From NCBI GenBank assembly GCA_039586795.1, contig JBDHJS010000038.1:1-51868 (forward strand): 51,868 nucleotides of DNA, read 5' to 3'. Positions within the stretch are counted from its first letter, which is position 1, and each line of letters opens with the position of its first letter. This DNA comes from Gemmatimonadota bacterium. GTDB lineage: Bacteria; Gemmatimonadota; Gemmatimonadetes; Palauibacterales; KS3-K002. This document shows positions 9,921-18,951 of the stretch, piece by piece. The notes below the pieces were generated by a model. It saw nothing but the letters and a program-made list of their open reading frames with translations. It made no database searches and was not told the origin of the DNA. The position numbers were made by a program, and so were the translations under genes.

Positions 9921-10708
9921 GAGGCGCGGTGATTTTCTCGAGCAAGCATGATCGGCGGATCAGGTTCCTGCAGGGCATTCTTGCGGTGTTTCTGTGCTTC
10001 CCATCGTTCACGGTCGTTCGCGCGGAGGCCCAGGAATCGTCCGGTCTGCGCGGCGATCCCATCGCCATAGCGGACGCCGAGGCAATGGTCGAGGCGATGG
10101 GAGGCCTGGAAATCTGGCGCGAGCTCGAGAGCGTTCATTTCGTTCACGAGTGGGATATCTACAGCCGTCCCGATATCTATCTAGAGAACGAAATCCTGGA
10201 TCTCACCGGACCGCGCTCGTACGTGACGATGGAGAGTGAGATCTACGAGCGGATTCGGGCCTATAGTCCGGAGTATCGATACTGGAACATCATCAACGGT
10301 GAGTTCTCGTACGCTAGCGACGAGGCGTACGAGAATGCGATGGAGCGAGCACCGTACAGCATCTACCGACTGGCGAGAGCGATTGCCCGAGGTGACAGTC
10401 TGTATCATGTGCAGTACGGTCCGATGAAGGATGTTCCGGGCGCCACCGGCCTGGAGTTCCGCGGGCCCGACGACGAGATTCACGGCTGGATCCTTCTCAA
10501 CACGCGCAATGAGCCCGTAGTCTGGGCGACGACCCAATACAGTTATGCCTTCGGGCCGCTGGAACGCTACGGGAATCTCCGCGTTCCGAAGTGGGCGATA
10601 ACCGGCGCGGGTCGCGTTCGTTACGAGATGGTCTCGCTCACCGGCAGTAACAAACGACCCGACCTTTCGCTGTTCGCCCCACCGCCGGGATCTAGCGGAG
10701 GACACTGA
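9917..10708 (+). CDS. Hypothetical exported protein
   Basis: Long ORF with signal peptide, coupled to the upstream stop. Confidence 0.65.
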   Translation: MRGAVIFSSKHDRRIRFLQGILAVFLCFPSFTVVRAEAQESSGLRGDPIAIADAEAMVEAMGGLEIWRELESVHFVHEWDIYSRPDIYLENEILDLTGPRSYVTMESEIYERIRAYSPEYRYWNIINGEFSYASDEAYENAMERAPYSIYRLARAIARGDSLYHVQYGPMKDVPGATGLEFRGPDDEIHGWILLNTRNEPVVWATTQYSYAFGPLERYGNLRVPKWAITGAGRVRYEMVSLTGSNKRPDLSLFAPPPGSSGGH

Positions 10709-10726
10709 CCTGCAGAGGAGGAAGAT

Positions 10727-10891
10727 ATGCGCGACATCATCTCAGGCGCGATTTTGATCGGGATAGGGTTCGTGCTTGGCGGCTCTGTCTTCCTAGGCGA
10801 CTTCACCCCGCTGAACTTCTTCTTTGATGGCCTGGGGACGTTCTTCATCATCAAGGGCATCATCTCGATCTACAAGAGCAAGCAAGCGTGA
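10727..10891 (+). CDS. Small 54-aa membrane protein (not in ORF track)
   Basis: Strong RBS GAGGAGGA; MRDIISGAILIGIGFVLGGSVFLGDFTPLNFFFDGLGTFFIIKGIISIYKSKQA; two hydrophobic segments. Confidence 0.7.
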   Translation: MRDIISGAILIGIGFVLGGSVFLGDFTPLNFFFDGLGTFFIIKGIISIYKSKQA

Positions 10892-11014
10892 CGCCGAGCG
10901 GGTCGACGCGGCAACGGTCAATTCGCGACTGGAGACGATCTTGATTGGGCACCCTCCGTGGCTGGACTAGCCGGAAGAGTGTGCGGGTTAAGAAGGGGTT
11001 CTTAAGAAAAGCGA

Positions 11015-12244
11015 GTGAGCATGACACGATGGTTCAGACTACAGACGAGGGCTGCGCTCGCGGCCCTGGTCTCTCTTACGACCGCAGCGTGCGGCGGTGC
11101 GGGTTCGGGATCGGAGCACTTCAGCGTTGACACACTGGAGTCGGGTACAATCGTGATTCACAACAGCGCCGCGAGTTTGTGGGGCCCGGAAGACGCGTGG
11201 ACGGCGGTGGAGCAAGTACGGATCGGTTCCCGGGATGCGGCGGACCCGGTGGTGCTGTTCGGCGACATTTGGGACGTGACGTTGGACGAACTGGGGCGCA
11301 TCTACGTGCTCGACCGGCAGCCGAGGGAGGTGCGAGTATTCGCGCCGACGGGCGAGCACATACGCACGTTAGGTGGAGCGGGTCAGGGGCCGGGCGAGTT
11401 CGTTAACCCGATCGGTATGGACTGGGGGCCTGAGGGCAATCTTTGGGTAGTGGACGTGAGGAATGCTCGTTACTCGGTCTTCGACACAGCGGGCAACTTC
11501 CTCGATTCGTATCCGCGGCAGATCGGAGGTTGGAGCTACAATTGGGGCGGTGGCTTCGATCGGGCGGGGCGGCTGTACGAGCCGAGCTTCTTCAGGAGTG
11601 CCGCGTTGGGAGGTACGCAGCGCGTCTACATCGGGCACAGCGTCGCAGGGGGTATCGTTGCGACCGATACCTTCGAGCTTCCCTACCATGACGTTTCCGC
11701 TTCCAGTTTCAGGATCAACACACAAAGCGGTTCCTCGATAGTCGGCATTCCATTCTCGACCCAGTTCGCCTGGCGTTTCGACGGTGCTGATGGGATCTGG
11801 TTCGCTGCAAACGACGGGTACCGCCTGTACCATAGACGCCTTGCCGGCGATACGGTCCGTATCCTCGAGCGTGATTACGATCCCCTTCCTGTAGGGAACG
11901 ACGACCGGGAGGCGGTGCGCGACAGATTCACGCGGTTCGGTGAGCAGGTGACGAACGAAATCATCGCCCGCATTCCGGACGTGAAGCCGGCGTTCGAGAG
12001 TTTCGTCGTCGATGACCAGGGGTATGTTTGGGTCATGCAGACTTCGGCGACCGAACAAGACTTGTCGGTCAGGGGCATTCGGTTCGATGTCTTCGACCCC
12101 GAAGGCCGCTACCTGGGAGCGGTGCAGACCGACGTCGGCAGGATGCCGGCACCGCGGATCATCGGCAACCAACTGGTGGGTGTCACCCGCGACGAGTACG
12201 ACACGCCGTATGTGGTGCTGTACCACATTGAGGAACGATCATGA
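11015..12244 (+). CDS. 6-bladed beta-propeller (NHL-like) lipoprotein
   Basis: Lipobox TAAC; GGAGQGPGEF; DVFDPEGRYLG; RDEYDTPYV C-terminal motif. Confidence 0.8.
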   Translation: MSMTRWFRLQTRAALAALVSLTTAACGGAGSGSEHFSVDTLESGTIVIHNSAASLWGPEDAWTAVEQVRIGSRDAADPVVLFGDIWDVTLDELGRIYVLDRQPREVRVFAPTGEHIRTLGGAGQGPGEFVNPIGMDWGPEGNLWVVDVRNARYSVFDTAGNFLDSYPRQIGGWSYNWGGGFDRAGRLYEPSFFRSAALGGTQRVYIGHSVAGGIVATDTFELPYHDVSASSFRINTQSGSSIVGIPFSTQFAWRFDGADGIWFAANDGYRLYHRRLAGDTVRILERDYDPLPVGNDDREAVRDRFTRFGEQVTNEIIARIPDVKPAFESFVVDDQGYVWVMQTSATEQDLSVRGIRFDVFDPEGRYLGAVQTDVGRMPAPRIIGNQLVGVTRDEYDTPYVVLYHIEERS

Positions 12245-12256
12245 TAGTGCGACAGC

Positions 12257-12679
12257 ATGCGTGAGAACCCCAGGGTCGGCGTCGGGATTATCGTAAGGAA
12301 AGGCGACGAAGTGTTGTTGCTGCGTCGGAAAGGGGTACACGGTGCCGGGAGCTGGTCGACGCCCGGGGGCCATCTGGAGTTTGGGGAAACGCCCGAGCAG
12401 TGCGCGGTGCGCGAGACGTGGGAAGAGACCGGGGTCGAGGTGCGCGATGTGCGGTTTCGGGGCATGACCAATGACGTGTTCGAGGACGAAGGGAAGCACT
12501 ACATAACCGTCTGGATGGAGGCGGAGTACAGTGGCGGGGAGCCGGAGGTGAAAGCGGCGCATGAAATGTCGAGCGTCGGCTGGTTTGCTTGGGACCGTCT
12601 TCCGGTGCCGCTCTTCCTCGCCCTCGACAACTTGCTAGCGGGTCGGTGCTACACGGTGGTCGATGAGCGGGACGCGTAG
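12257..12679 (+). CDS. Nudix hydrolase (MutT/NUDT15-like)
   Basis: Nudix box GGHLEFGETPEQCAVRETWEETG. Confidence 0.9.
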   Translation: MRENPRVGVGIIVRKGDEVLLLRRKGVHGAGSWSTPGGHLEFGETPEQCAVRETWEETGVEVRDVRFRGMTNDVFEDEGKHYITVWMEAEYSGGEPEVKAAHEMSSVGWFAWDRLPVPLFLALDNLLAGRCYTVVDERDA

Positions 12680-12715
12680 TCACCGCATGAGTGATCGACA
12701 GTAGGGATTGGATTG

Positions 12716-13495
12716 ATGTCCAGGAAGCGCATCCGCTTGGTTTGCTGGAACGCTGCCGAAGGCAAGGAGCGGACAGCGAAGCTCCGCGACGCGGGTTATG
12801 TGGTGAACTTCGGCGAGGTCAGTCAGGACACGTTCAAGGAGTTGAGACGCAGGCCGCCGGACGCGGTGGTGATCGACCTGGGCCGCATCCCATCGGCCGG
12901 GCGCGACGTAGCGCTCGGGCTGAGAAGCTTCAAGTCAACGCGTAGTGTGCCGATCGTCTTCGTCGAGGGCGATCCGAAGAAACTGGCAGGCATCAAGAAG
13001 CAGGTGCCAGATGCGGAGTTTACTACCTGGCGCGGGATCCGCGGTGCGCTGAAGCAAGCGATCGCCAAACCGCCGAAGGATCCTGCGGTGCCGGAATCGG
13101 CGTTGGCGGGCTATTCGGGGACGCCGCTGCCGAAGAAGCTGGGAATCAAGGTGGACTTCAAGGTCGCGCTGGTCGGGGCGCCGGCCGACTTCGAGAAGAC
13201 GTTGGGGGCGCTGCCCCATGGCGTCGTTCTAAAGAGACGCGCCGGCGCAGCGGACCTGACGATCTGGTTCACGAAGTCGCGGTCGGAGCTGAGTCGGCGA
13301 ATCAAAGGAATGGCGTCGAAGGTCGGCGATGGTGGCATGTGGATCGCCTGGCCGAAGAAGGCGTCCGGTGTGTCGACGGACCTAACGCAAAACGACGTGC
13401 GGGGTGCGGGGCTGTCCAACGGGCTGGTGGACTACAAGATCTGCGCGATCGATGAGACCTGGTCGGGGCTCAAGTTCGCGCGCCGCAAGAAGTAG
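12716..13495 (+). CDS. Receiver-like domain fused to DUF3052-like domain
   Basis: N-terminal PPDAVVIDL...TRSVPIVF; C-terminal AGYSGTPLPKKLGIK...WIAWPKKASG...GLVDYKICAIDETWSGLKF. Confidence 0.7.
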   Translation: MSRKRIRLVCWNAAEGKERTAKLRDAGYVVNFGEVSQDTFKELRRRPPDAVVIDLGRIPSAGRDVALGLRSFKSTRSVPIVFVEGDPKKLAGIKKQVPDAEFTTWRGIRGALKQAIAKPPKDPAVPESALAGYSGTPLPKKLGIKVDFKVALVGAPADFEKTLGALPHGVVLKRRAGAADLTIWFTKSRSELSRRIKGMASKVGDGGMWIAWPKKASGVSTDLTQNDVRGAGLSNGLVDYKICAIDETWSGLKFARRKK

Positions 13496-13524
13496 CTGCC
13501 CGGGGGCGTGATGCCGATCTGTAA

Positions 13525-14349
13525 CTACTTCATCTCATAGATATAGTTTGGCCGCACGTAGGCCACCTTGAAGCCATAGCGGATCTGGTTGCGGTACGAG
13601 GGCGCCGATTTGTCCGGCCGGTCCTCCGCGGTCTCGACGACGATCGTGCTACACCCGAGTTCGGCCGCGTCACGGATGCGGCGGGTGAGGATCGCGCCCT
13701 GTCCGCCGCGGCCGCGGTAGTCGGGGAGCGTCGTGGCGAAGTCGATCCAGCCGCAATCACCATCGACAAAGAGCGACCCGGTCGCGACGGGTTTCGAGCC
13801 ATGGAAGGCGGCGAAGTGCCGCCAGCCGGACCGACCGACCAGCGCGGCGACCCAGTCCTCCATAGACTCGGGCCACCCGAAGCAGGAGGTGACGATGCGG
13901 CCGAACTCGGCGGCATGGGTGGCATCGATAAGCTTTACCTCCAGGTCCGTGCTCACATAGGGAGGCGGCGACACGTCACGGTAGAGCTTGACCCAGTTGT
14001 TGTAGTGGCTGAAGCCTTTGTTCTCCAGAAGCGCTACTATGTCAGCCGGTTGAGCCGAGGGTGCCAGTTGGACGAAGAAGCGCGGGACGTGGGCGCTGGT
14101 ATACATCCGCAGAATCTCATCGATGTCATCCGCAGTTGCCGGACGCTCCAGACCGAGGCCTTCCGCCCGATTGAGGGCTAGAACATCGACGTTGGCGGCG
14201 ATTGCGATTGAAGCGCCGGCGACCCGTTGGAGCTGCACGGCGCAGGCTCGCCGACTGGTTTCTGGGGCTGAGCGGTAGAAGTCGCCCCACGCCGCGATCT
14301 CGCAGCGCTCGAGCCGCTGAACGAGTTCTGGATTGGGGGTATCGGTCAT
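13525..14349 (-). CDS. GNAT family N-acetyltransferase
   Basis: ATTLPDYRGRGGQGAIL motif; SYRNQIRYGF. Confidence 0.8.
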   Translation of the reverse strand: MTDTPNPELVQRLERCEIAAWGDFYRSAPETSRRACAVQLQRVAGASIAIAANVDVLALNRAEGLGLERPATADDIDEILRMYTSAHVPRFFVQLAPSAQPADIVALLENKGFSHYNNWVKLYRDVSPPPYVSTDLEVKLIDATHAAEFGRIVTSCFGWPESMEDWVAALVGRSGWRHFAAFHGSKPVATGSLFVDGDCGWIDFATTLPDYRGRGGQGAILTRRIRDAAELGCSTIVVETAEDRPDKSAPSYRNQIRYGFKVAYVRPNYIYEMK

Positions 14350-14438
14350 ATCATCAATCACTTGCCGTTTAAGGGTGATTGTGCGCAGCTTAGAGGAAAC
14401 ACCACCACTCCATGCCACACGTGCAGCAGGAGGCCTCC

Positions 14439-14852
14439 ATGGCTACGCGCATCCGCCGAGTCGACTACTATAATACACACATCGAGGACCAGCCTGGCGA
14501 GGCCTACAAGCTGCTCGCCCTTCTAGCGGAGCTGGGCTTCAATCTACTCGCCTTCACAGCAGTGCCTGTGGGACCCAACGCCACACAGCTCACCATATTC
14601 CCGGACGACTCAGCGCGGTTGAAGGCCGAGGCCGACCGGGCGGGCTTCACGTTGCTCGGTCCTCATTCCGCGTTCCTGGTGCAGGGCGACGATGATGTGG
14701 GCGTTCTGGCCGGGATTCACCAGAAGCTATACGACGCCAACGTCAACGTGTACGCGTCGAGCGCGGTGGCCGCCGGGGCCGGGAACTTCGGGTACATACT
14801 GTACGTCAGGCCCGAGAAGTACGAGGTAGCAGCGGAGGCGTTGGGCGTTTGA
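14439..14852 (+). CDS. Tandem ACT-domain-like protein
   Basis: EDQPGEAYKLL and GDDDVGVLAGI ACT-type repeats; RBS AGGAGG. Confidence 0.7.
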   Translation: MATRIRRVDYYNTHIEDQPGEAYKLLALLAELGFNLLAFTAVPVGPNATQLTIFPDDSARLKAEADRAGFTLLGPHSAFLVQGDDDVGVLAGIHQKLYDANVNVYASSAVAAGAGNFGYILYVRPEKYEVAAEALGV

Positions 14853-15443
14853 CGCTGCGCGCGGCGCGCGTACTTGTCGTTCTCCCGGCAATCGTTGGTG
14901 CATGCACCGCGAGCGATGACGGTCGGCAGGCGTCGGTTACGGATTGCCGCTCGGATTCCGCCGTCGTGCGACTCGACCATGTACCCGTCGCGGTCGCGGA
15001 TCTGGAAGTTGCGCAGTCTACTTACAGTGATTCTCTGGGCTTCAGCCTGAAGCCGGGGTACCGTCATCCGAGCGGGATAAGAAACACGCACATCAAGTAT
15101 GTTGATGGCTCGCAGCTGGAACTGATCTCGGTGGACGGCGCGCGGGGGTTGAAGGCGGCGTGGGTCGAGGTTTCCGACGTTGATTAGGTTGCGCAGATGA
15201 TGTACGCCTTTGGTCATCGCTTGTAGCAAGGCTCGGTATCCGGGAGGCTTCGTTGGGCGCGGCCTGGGTATTCGGGATGGCTCAATCTATCTAGTGGAAC
15301 GACCGGCTGCGGATGGCGACTTGCGTATCCTCGGCGTGACTGTTTTTGTTGACCCGACTTCAAAGCAGAGCGGGGAGCCGGGTCTCGTGCCGCCGGCGGA
15401 CGCTCATGGCATCTGGGTCGAGCTCATCGCAGGTAGCGGATAG
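14849..15443 (+). pseudogene. Disrupted VOC/glyoxalase-like lipoprotein
   Basis: LDHVPVAVADLE...LGF...LELI N-half stops at 15187. The C-terminal AHGIWVEL segment is in another frame (15210-15443). Confidence 0.6.
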
Positions 15444-15447
15444 GGAG

Positions 15448-15900
15448 ATGCAAGTGTCGGATAGTACGCAGAAGACGGGCTATCGGTCGTTCGTCGCCGG
15501 ATCCGTCGCGCTGATCGTGGTCGGTGTACTGGTGGTCACGGGCCTCCTGGTCCGGATCGCAACCCCCGAGGGCGAATCGATCACGGTGCTGATGGAGGAG
15601 TTCAGTTTCGACCAACCCTTCGGGTTGCAGTCGACGATGATGGAGATCCATCAAAGCATGGTCCTGGCCGCGGGTCTGTTGATGGTCGGTCTGGGCTTCC
15701 TAAACCTGTGGCTCCCGTCGCGGGATAACCCCGTTCTGCTGAGGCGGCTGATCCTTGTTAACGCGGTTGTTGGGGGACTGTTGGTGTTGATATACGCCGT
15801 CGGCAAAGTGAGCCCGGTCCTGCTGCCGTTGCTCATCGCCGAGTTGTACTTCGTGGCCGCGGTCTATCAGTCGCGGGCGAAGGCGGATGCAAGAGATTAA
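15448..15900 (+). CDS. Hypothetical 4-TM membrane protein
   Basis: Four hydrophobic segments; RBS GGGAG. Confidence 0.65.
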   Translation: MQVSDSTQKTGYRSFVAGSVALIVVGVLVVTGLLVRIATPEGESITVLMEEFSFDQPFGLQSTMMEIHQSMVLAAGLLMVGLGFLNLWLPSRDNPVLLRRLILVNAVVGGLLVLIYAVGKVSPVLLPLLIAELYFVAAVYQSRAKADARD

Positions 15901-15927
15901 TCTCAACTTGTGATAGGAGTGTATTGA

Positions 15928-16125
15928 ATGAGCGATGCCCAGAACGCGGAGTGCCTTGCCTGCAAGCGTGGAGCGGACGAGACGCCGCTAATCCGGTTGG
16001 CGTACCGAGATTCGGACTTCTGGATCTGTCCGCAGCACTTGCCGATCCTGATCCACGATCCCAGTCGACTGGTTGGAATTCTGCCCGGCGCGGAAGACTT
16101 GCGGCCGGCGGATCACCACGACTGA
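15928..16125 (+). CDS. Small putative Zn-binding protein
   Basis: CLAC...CPQH motif in 65 aa; RBS AGGAG. Confidence 0.7.
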   Translation: MSDAQNAECLACKRGADETPLIRLAYRDSDFWICPQHLPILIHDPSRLVGILPGAEDLRPADHHD

Positions 16126-16212
16126 GGCTCGCCGCAGCACGTTCTGGCTGACGGAGCTAACGCGCGCTAGTATTCGCGTAGCCCCGCTGTCACTGCCGTT
16201 CGGAGGTGCACA

Positions 16213-16815
16213 GTGAAGGCAAGGGACATCATCCCTGGAACTCTGCCTGCCGCGGTTCTGCTGACGGCGCTGCTTGTTCCAACTGACGCGTTGGCTCAAA
16301 GCGCCCGCTTCGAGGAATTCACCGTCACGCCGCCGCTGGTGGGCGAGGTCGCGCCCGATTTCACGCTGCTAACTGTAGATGGTGAAAAGTTCACGCTCAG
16401 CGAGGCCTACACGAATCGGCCGGTTGTCATGGAGTTCGGTTCCTACACTTGACCACCGTTTCGTCGGCGGGTCGCCGACGTTGAAGAGGTGAGAGAGCAG
16501 TACGGAGCGGACGTGCTGTTCATCGTGCTGTATCAGCGCGAGGCCCACGCAGGTGAGATGAGGTTCGAGGATGTGGAGCAGCCGGAGACTTACGAGGAGC
16601 GCGAGGAGCTGGCGAAGAAGTCGTGTAGCGAGTTAGGGATTGGCGCGACCGTCGTCATCGACGAGATGGACAACGCGGTGCGCAGAACCTATGGGCAGCT
16701 TCCGAACAGCGCTTACATAATAGACAAGGGCGGGAAGATCATATACAAGGAGGCCTGGGCGCATCCGGAGAACTGGGGCGCGATATTGGACGGCCTGCTT
16801 GGCGCTCAGGACTGA
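16213..16815 (+). CDS. Deiodinase-like (thioredoxin/peroxiredoxin fold) selenoprotein, UGA 16450-16452 read as Sec, 200 aa
   Basis: Two in-frame ORFs join across TGA into RPVVMEFGSYT-U-PPF...LYQREAH...IDEMDNAVRRTYGQLPNSAYII, matching the deiodinase motifs FGSCTUPPF, YIEEAH and DxMDN. Signal peptide; SECIS-like hairpin. Confidence 0.85.
16462..16480 (+). promoter_or_regulatory. Bacterial SECIS-like hairpin
   Basis: CGTCGGCG-GGT-CGCCGACG perfect stem starting 9 nt after the UGA, with G in the apical loop. Confidence 0.75.
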
Positions 16816-16841
16816 AGCGAAGACGCTCGCGAGTCGTCATG

Positions 16842-16875
16842 ACGGCCGTCGCGTCCCGCGGGTAGCGACGGCCGT
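16842..16875. terminator. Strong hairpin after the selenoprotein gene (no U tract)
   Basis: ACGGCCGTCGC / GCGACGGCCGT 11-bp inverted repeat. Confidence 0.45.
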
Positions 16876-16890
16876 TGCCTAGGGAGCGCG

Positions 16891-18099
16891 ATGAATCCTC
16901 AGGTCGACATCTTCGCCGTGATCGCCATCGCCGGCGCGGGGTTCGTCTCCACGAGCCTGGACAACCTCTTCATCCTGCTCGGTTTCTACGCCAGCCCCGG
17001 GTTCTCGAAGAAGATCTCGGCCATCGGATACCTTGCCGCGGTCGCGGTGGTTTTGGGTGTAGCCTTTGCGCTGGGCGGCGTGGCGGACTTCGCGCCGGCG
17101 CGCTACCTGGGCTACCTGGGGCTGATCCCCATCGCGCTGGGTGTCCAGCAGCTGCTGTCGGTCTTCCTTGTGATGCTTGCCAACAGCGGCGACTCGTTCG
17201 TCGTATACCTGTCGATCTTCGCTGATACGCAGAGCGGGTATGAGCCCGTGATCTTGCTGACGGTGGCGGCGGGGGCGGTGGTGCTGAGCGGATTTGGGTA
17301 TTGGCTGCTGAACCGTAAGGGTGTGTCGCGTTGGATACAACGGGCCGGCAGCTACGTGCTTCCGTTTCTGTTGATCGCTATCGGTGTGTTCGTCCTGCTC
17401 GATACGCGGACCGACACCTACGAGCCATTGCCTGAGGAAGATGTGAGCGAAGCCATGGGTGCGTGGCTTCCTCGATCGAATGGAGGGTCTGATGAAAACG
17501 TTGTGCCTGATCGTGTTGGCGTGCCTGCTCGTCCCGACGGCGGTTTCAGCGCAGAGCTATACATCGCCGGAGGGGGCCCTGAAGGTCGCGCTGGTGAAGA
17601 TGCCGTACACGGGCGCGCGGAACGTAGCGGAGCTATCGGACACCCCGAACTACTTGGAGCAGGGCGGTCTGGAACGGATGCTCGCCGACGGCGGCGTGAT
17701 GTTGAAGCCGATCAGCACGGTGGAGCTGACCTCCGAGGAGCAGCGGGACTACGGCGAATGGCATCGGCTGGGTCTGGCCAACGGCCATCTGGCGGAGATC
17801 ATCGCGGCGAACCGCGAAGAAGGGTACCTGTCGGTGGGGCTGCTGGCGAATTGCAGCTCGTTGATGGGTATGCTGGGCGGATTCCAGCACTCGGGCGCGA
17901 CGCGTCGACCGCTGAGGGTTGGCCTGGTGTTCGTGGACGCGCATGGCGACTTCAACACTCCCGAGACGACGCTGAGCGGGATGTTGGGAGGTATGCCGGT
18001 GGCGGTGTCGGCGGGGATGGCGTTGACAAATCTTCGGCTGAAGTCGGGTCTCGACCCGGCGCTACCCACCCGATACATCGTGATGGCGGCGCTTCGTGA
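16891..18099 (+). CDS. Cadmium-resistance (CadD-like) transporter; homologous part ends near 17420 but the frame stays open to 18099
   Basis: FVSTSLDNLFILL, YLGLIPIALG, LANSGDSFVVY, VLPFLLIAIG motifs. The C-terminal ~220 codons look like shadow sequence over the arginase gene. Confidence 0.65.
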   Translation: MNPQVDIFAVIAIAGAGFVSTSLDNLFILLGFYASPGFSKKISAIGYLAAVAVVLGVAFALGGVADFAPARYLGYLGLIPIALGVQQLLSVFLVMLANSGDSFVVYLSIFADTQSGYEPVILLTVAAGAVVLSGFGYWLLNRKGVSRWIQRAGSYVLPFLLIAIGVFVLLDTRTDTYEPLPEEDVSEAMGAWLPRSNGGSDENVVPDRVGVPARPDGGFSAELYIAGGGPEGRAGEDAVHGRAERSGAIGHPELLGAGRSGTDARRRRRDVEADQHGGADLRGAAGLRRMASAGSGQRPSGGDHRGEPRRRVPVGGAAGELQLVDGYAGRIPALGRDASTAEGWPGVRGRAWRLQHSRDDAERDVGRYAGGGVGGDGVDKSSAEVGSRPGATHPIHRDGGAS

Positions 18100-18478
18100 C
18101 ACGGATCCACTGGAACAGGAGCTGATCGATCGGTCGGAGATCGAGCACATCACGGTGGATGACATTCGAGATCTGACACCGATGATCGATCACCAGATGG
18201 AGCGGCTCTCGAGGCTTACCGATGTCATCTATATCCACATCGATATGGACGTGCTGGATCCGTCCGAGGTGCAGGGCCACTCGCTGAACGTGCCGAACGG
18301 TCCAACGAGCCTGGAGCTGGCGGCGGCGCTGACCGAGATGTTCGAGTACGAGAAGGTGGCGGGGCTGGGTATCGCGTCCACCCCGTCGTTCGAGGATGAT
18401 CCAGGCGGGAAATCGTTGAAGGCGGCGTACAACCTCATCGAAGGGGCGCTGGAAGGTGTGAGGCGCCGTTCGAGATAG
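17492..18478 (+). CDS. Exported arginase/ureohydrolase family protein
   Basis: DAHGDFNT and HIDMDVLDP metal motifs; signal peptide MKTLCLIVLACLLVPTAVSA. Confidence 0.85.
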   Translation: MKTLCLIVLACLLVPTAVSAQSYTSPEGALKVALVKMPYTGARNVAELSDTPNYLEQGGLERMLADGGVMLKPISTVELTSEEQRDYGEWHRLGLANGHLAEIIAANREEGYLSVGLLANCSSLMGMLGGFQHSGATRRPLRVGLVFVDAHGDFNTPETTLSGMLGGMPVAVSAGMALTNLRLKSGLDPALPTRYIVMAALRDTDPLEQELIDRSEIEHITVDDIRDLTPMIDHQMERLSRLTDVIYIHIDMDVLDPSEVQGHSLNVPNGPTSLELAAALTEMFEYEKVAGLGIASTPSFEDDPGGKSLKAAYNLIEGALEGVRRRSR

Positions 18479-18487
18479 GCGGTGGTT

Positions 18488-18946
18488 ATGAGAACGTTGA
18501 TGACATTGTCTTTGCTGCTGGGATGGTGCGCCGCCGCTCATGCGCAGGGCGGGGCCTGGACGTCCAGCACAGTTGCGGACGAGATCAAGGCGACGCTGGT
18601 GGACATGTGGGCGGCGATCGAAGAAGGGGACGTGGAGCGCTACGCGAGCTACATCCATCCTGATATCACCGTCTTCGGCGAGAACGATGTGTACAGGGCG
18701 GAGGGGAAGGAACTGGAAGTGCAAGGCGTTGCCGATTGGGTGCGGCGCGCTCCGGGCGTGCACACCGAAATGCATCAGCCGCAGGTGACGATCCGAGGTG
18801 ACGTGGCGTGGATCACGTACTACTGGACCGACTCGGGCGTGGAGGAAGGTGAACGTTTCTCCACGCGAGGGAAATCGACGCGAATCTTCGTGAAGGAGAA
18901 CGGCCGCTGGTTGTGCATTCACGCCCATTTCACAGCCGTGCCGTGA
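18488..18946 (+). CDS. NTF2/SnoaL-like (DUF4440-type) exported protein
   Basis: Signal peptide; GDVAW; TRIFVKENGRWLCIHAHFT. Confidence 0.8.
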   Translation: MRTLMTLSLLLGWCAAAHAQGGAWTSSTVADEIKATLVDMWAAIEEGDVERYASYIHPDITVFGENDVYRAEGKELEVQGVADWVRRAPGVHTEMHQPQVTIRGDVAWITYYWTDSGVEEGERFSTRGKSTRIFVKENGRWLCIHAHFTAVP

Positions 18947-18951
18947 CGAAG

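Noticed and set aside
14849..15443. Possible TAG (pyrrolysine) read-through in the VOC-like gene
   Set aside because: The downstream half is in a different frame and a second in-frame TAG follows. It is better explained as a pseudogene.
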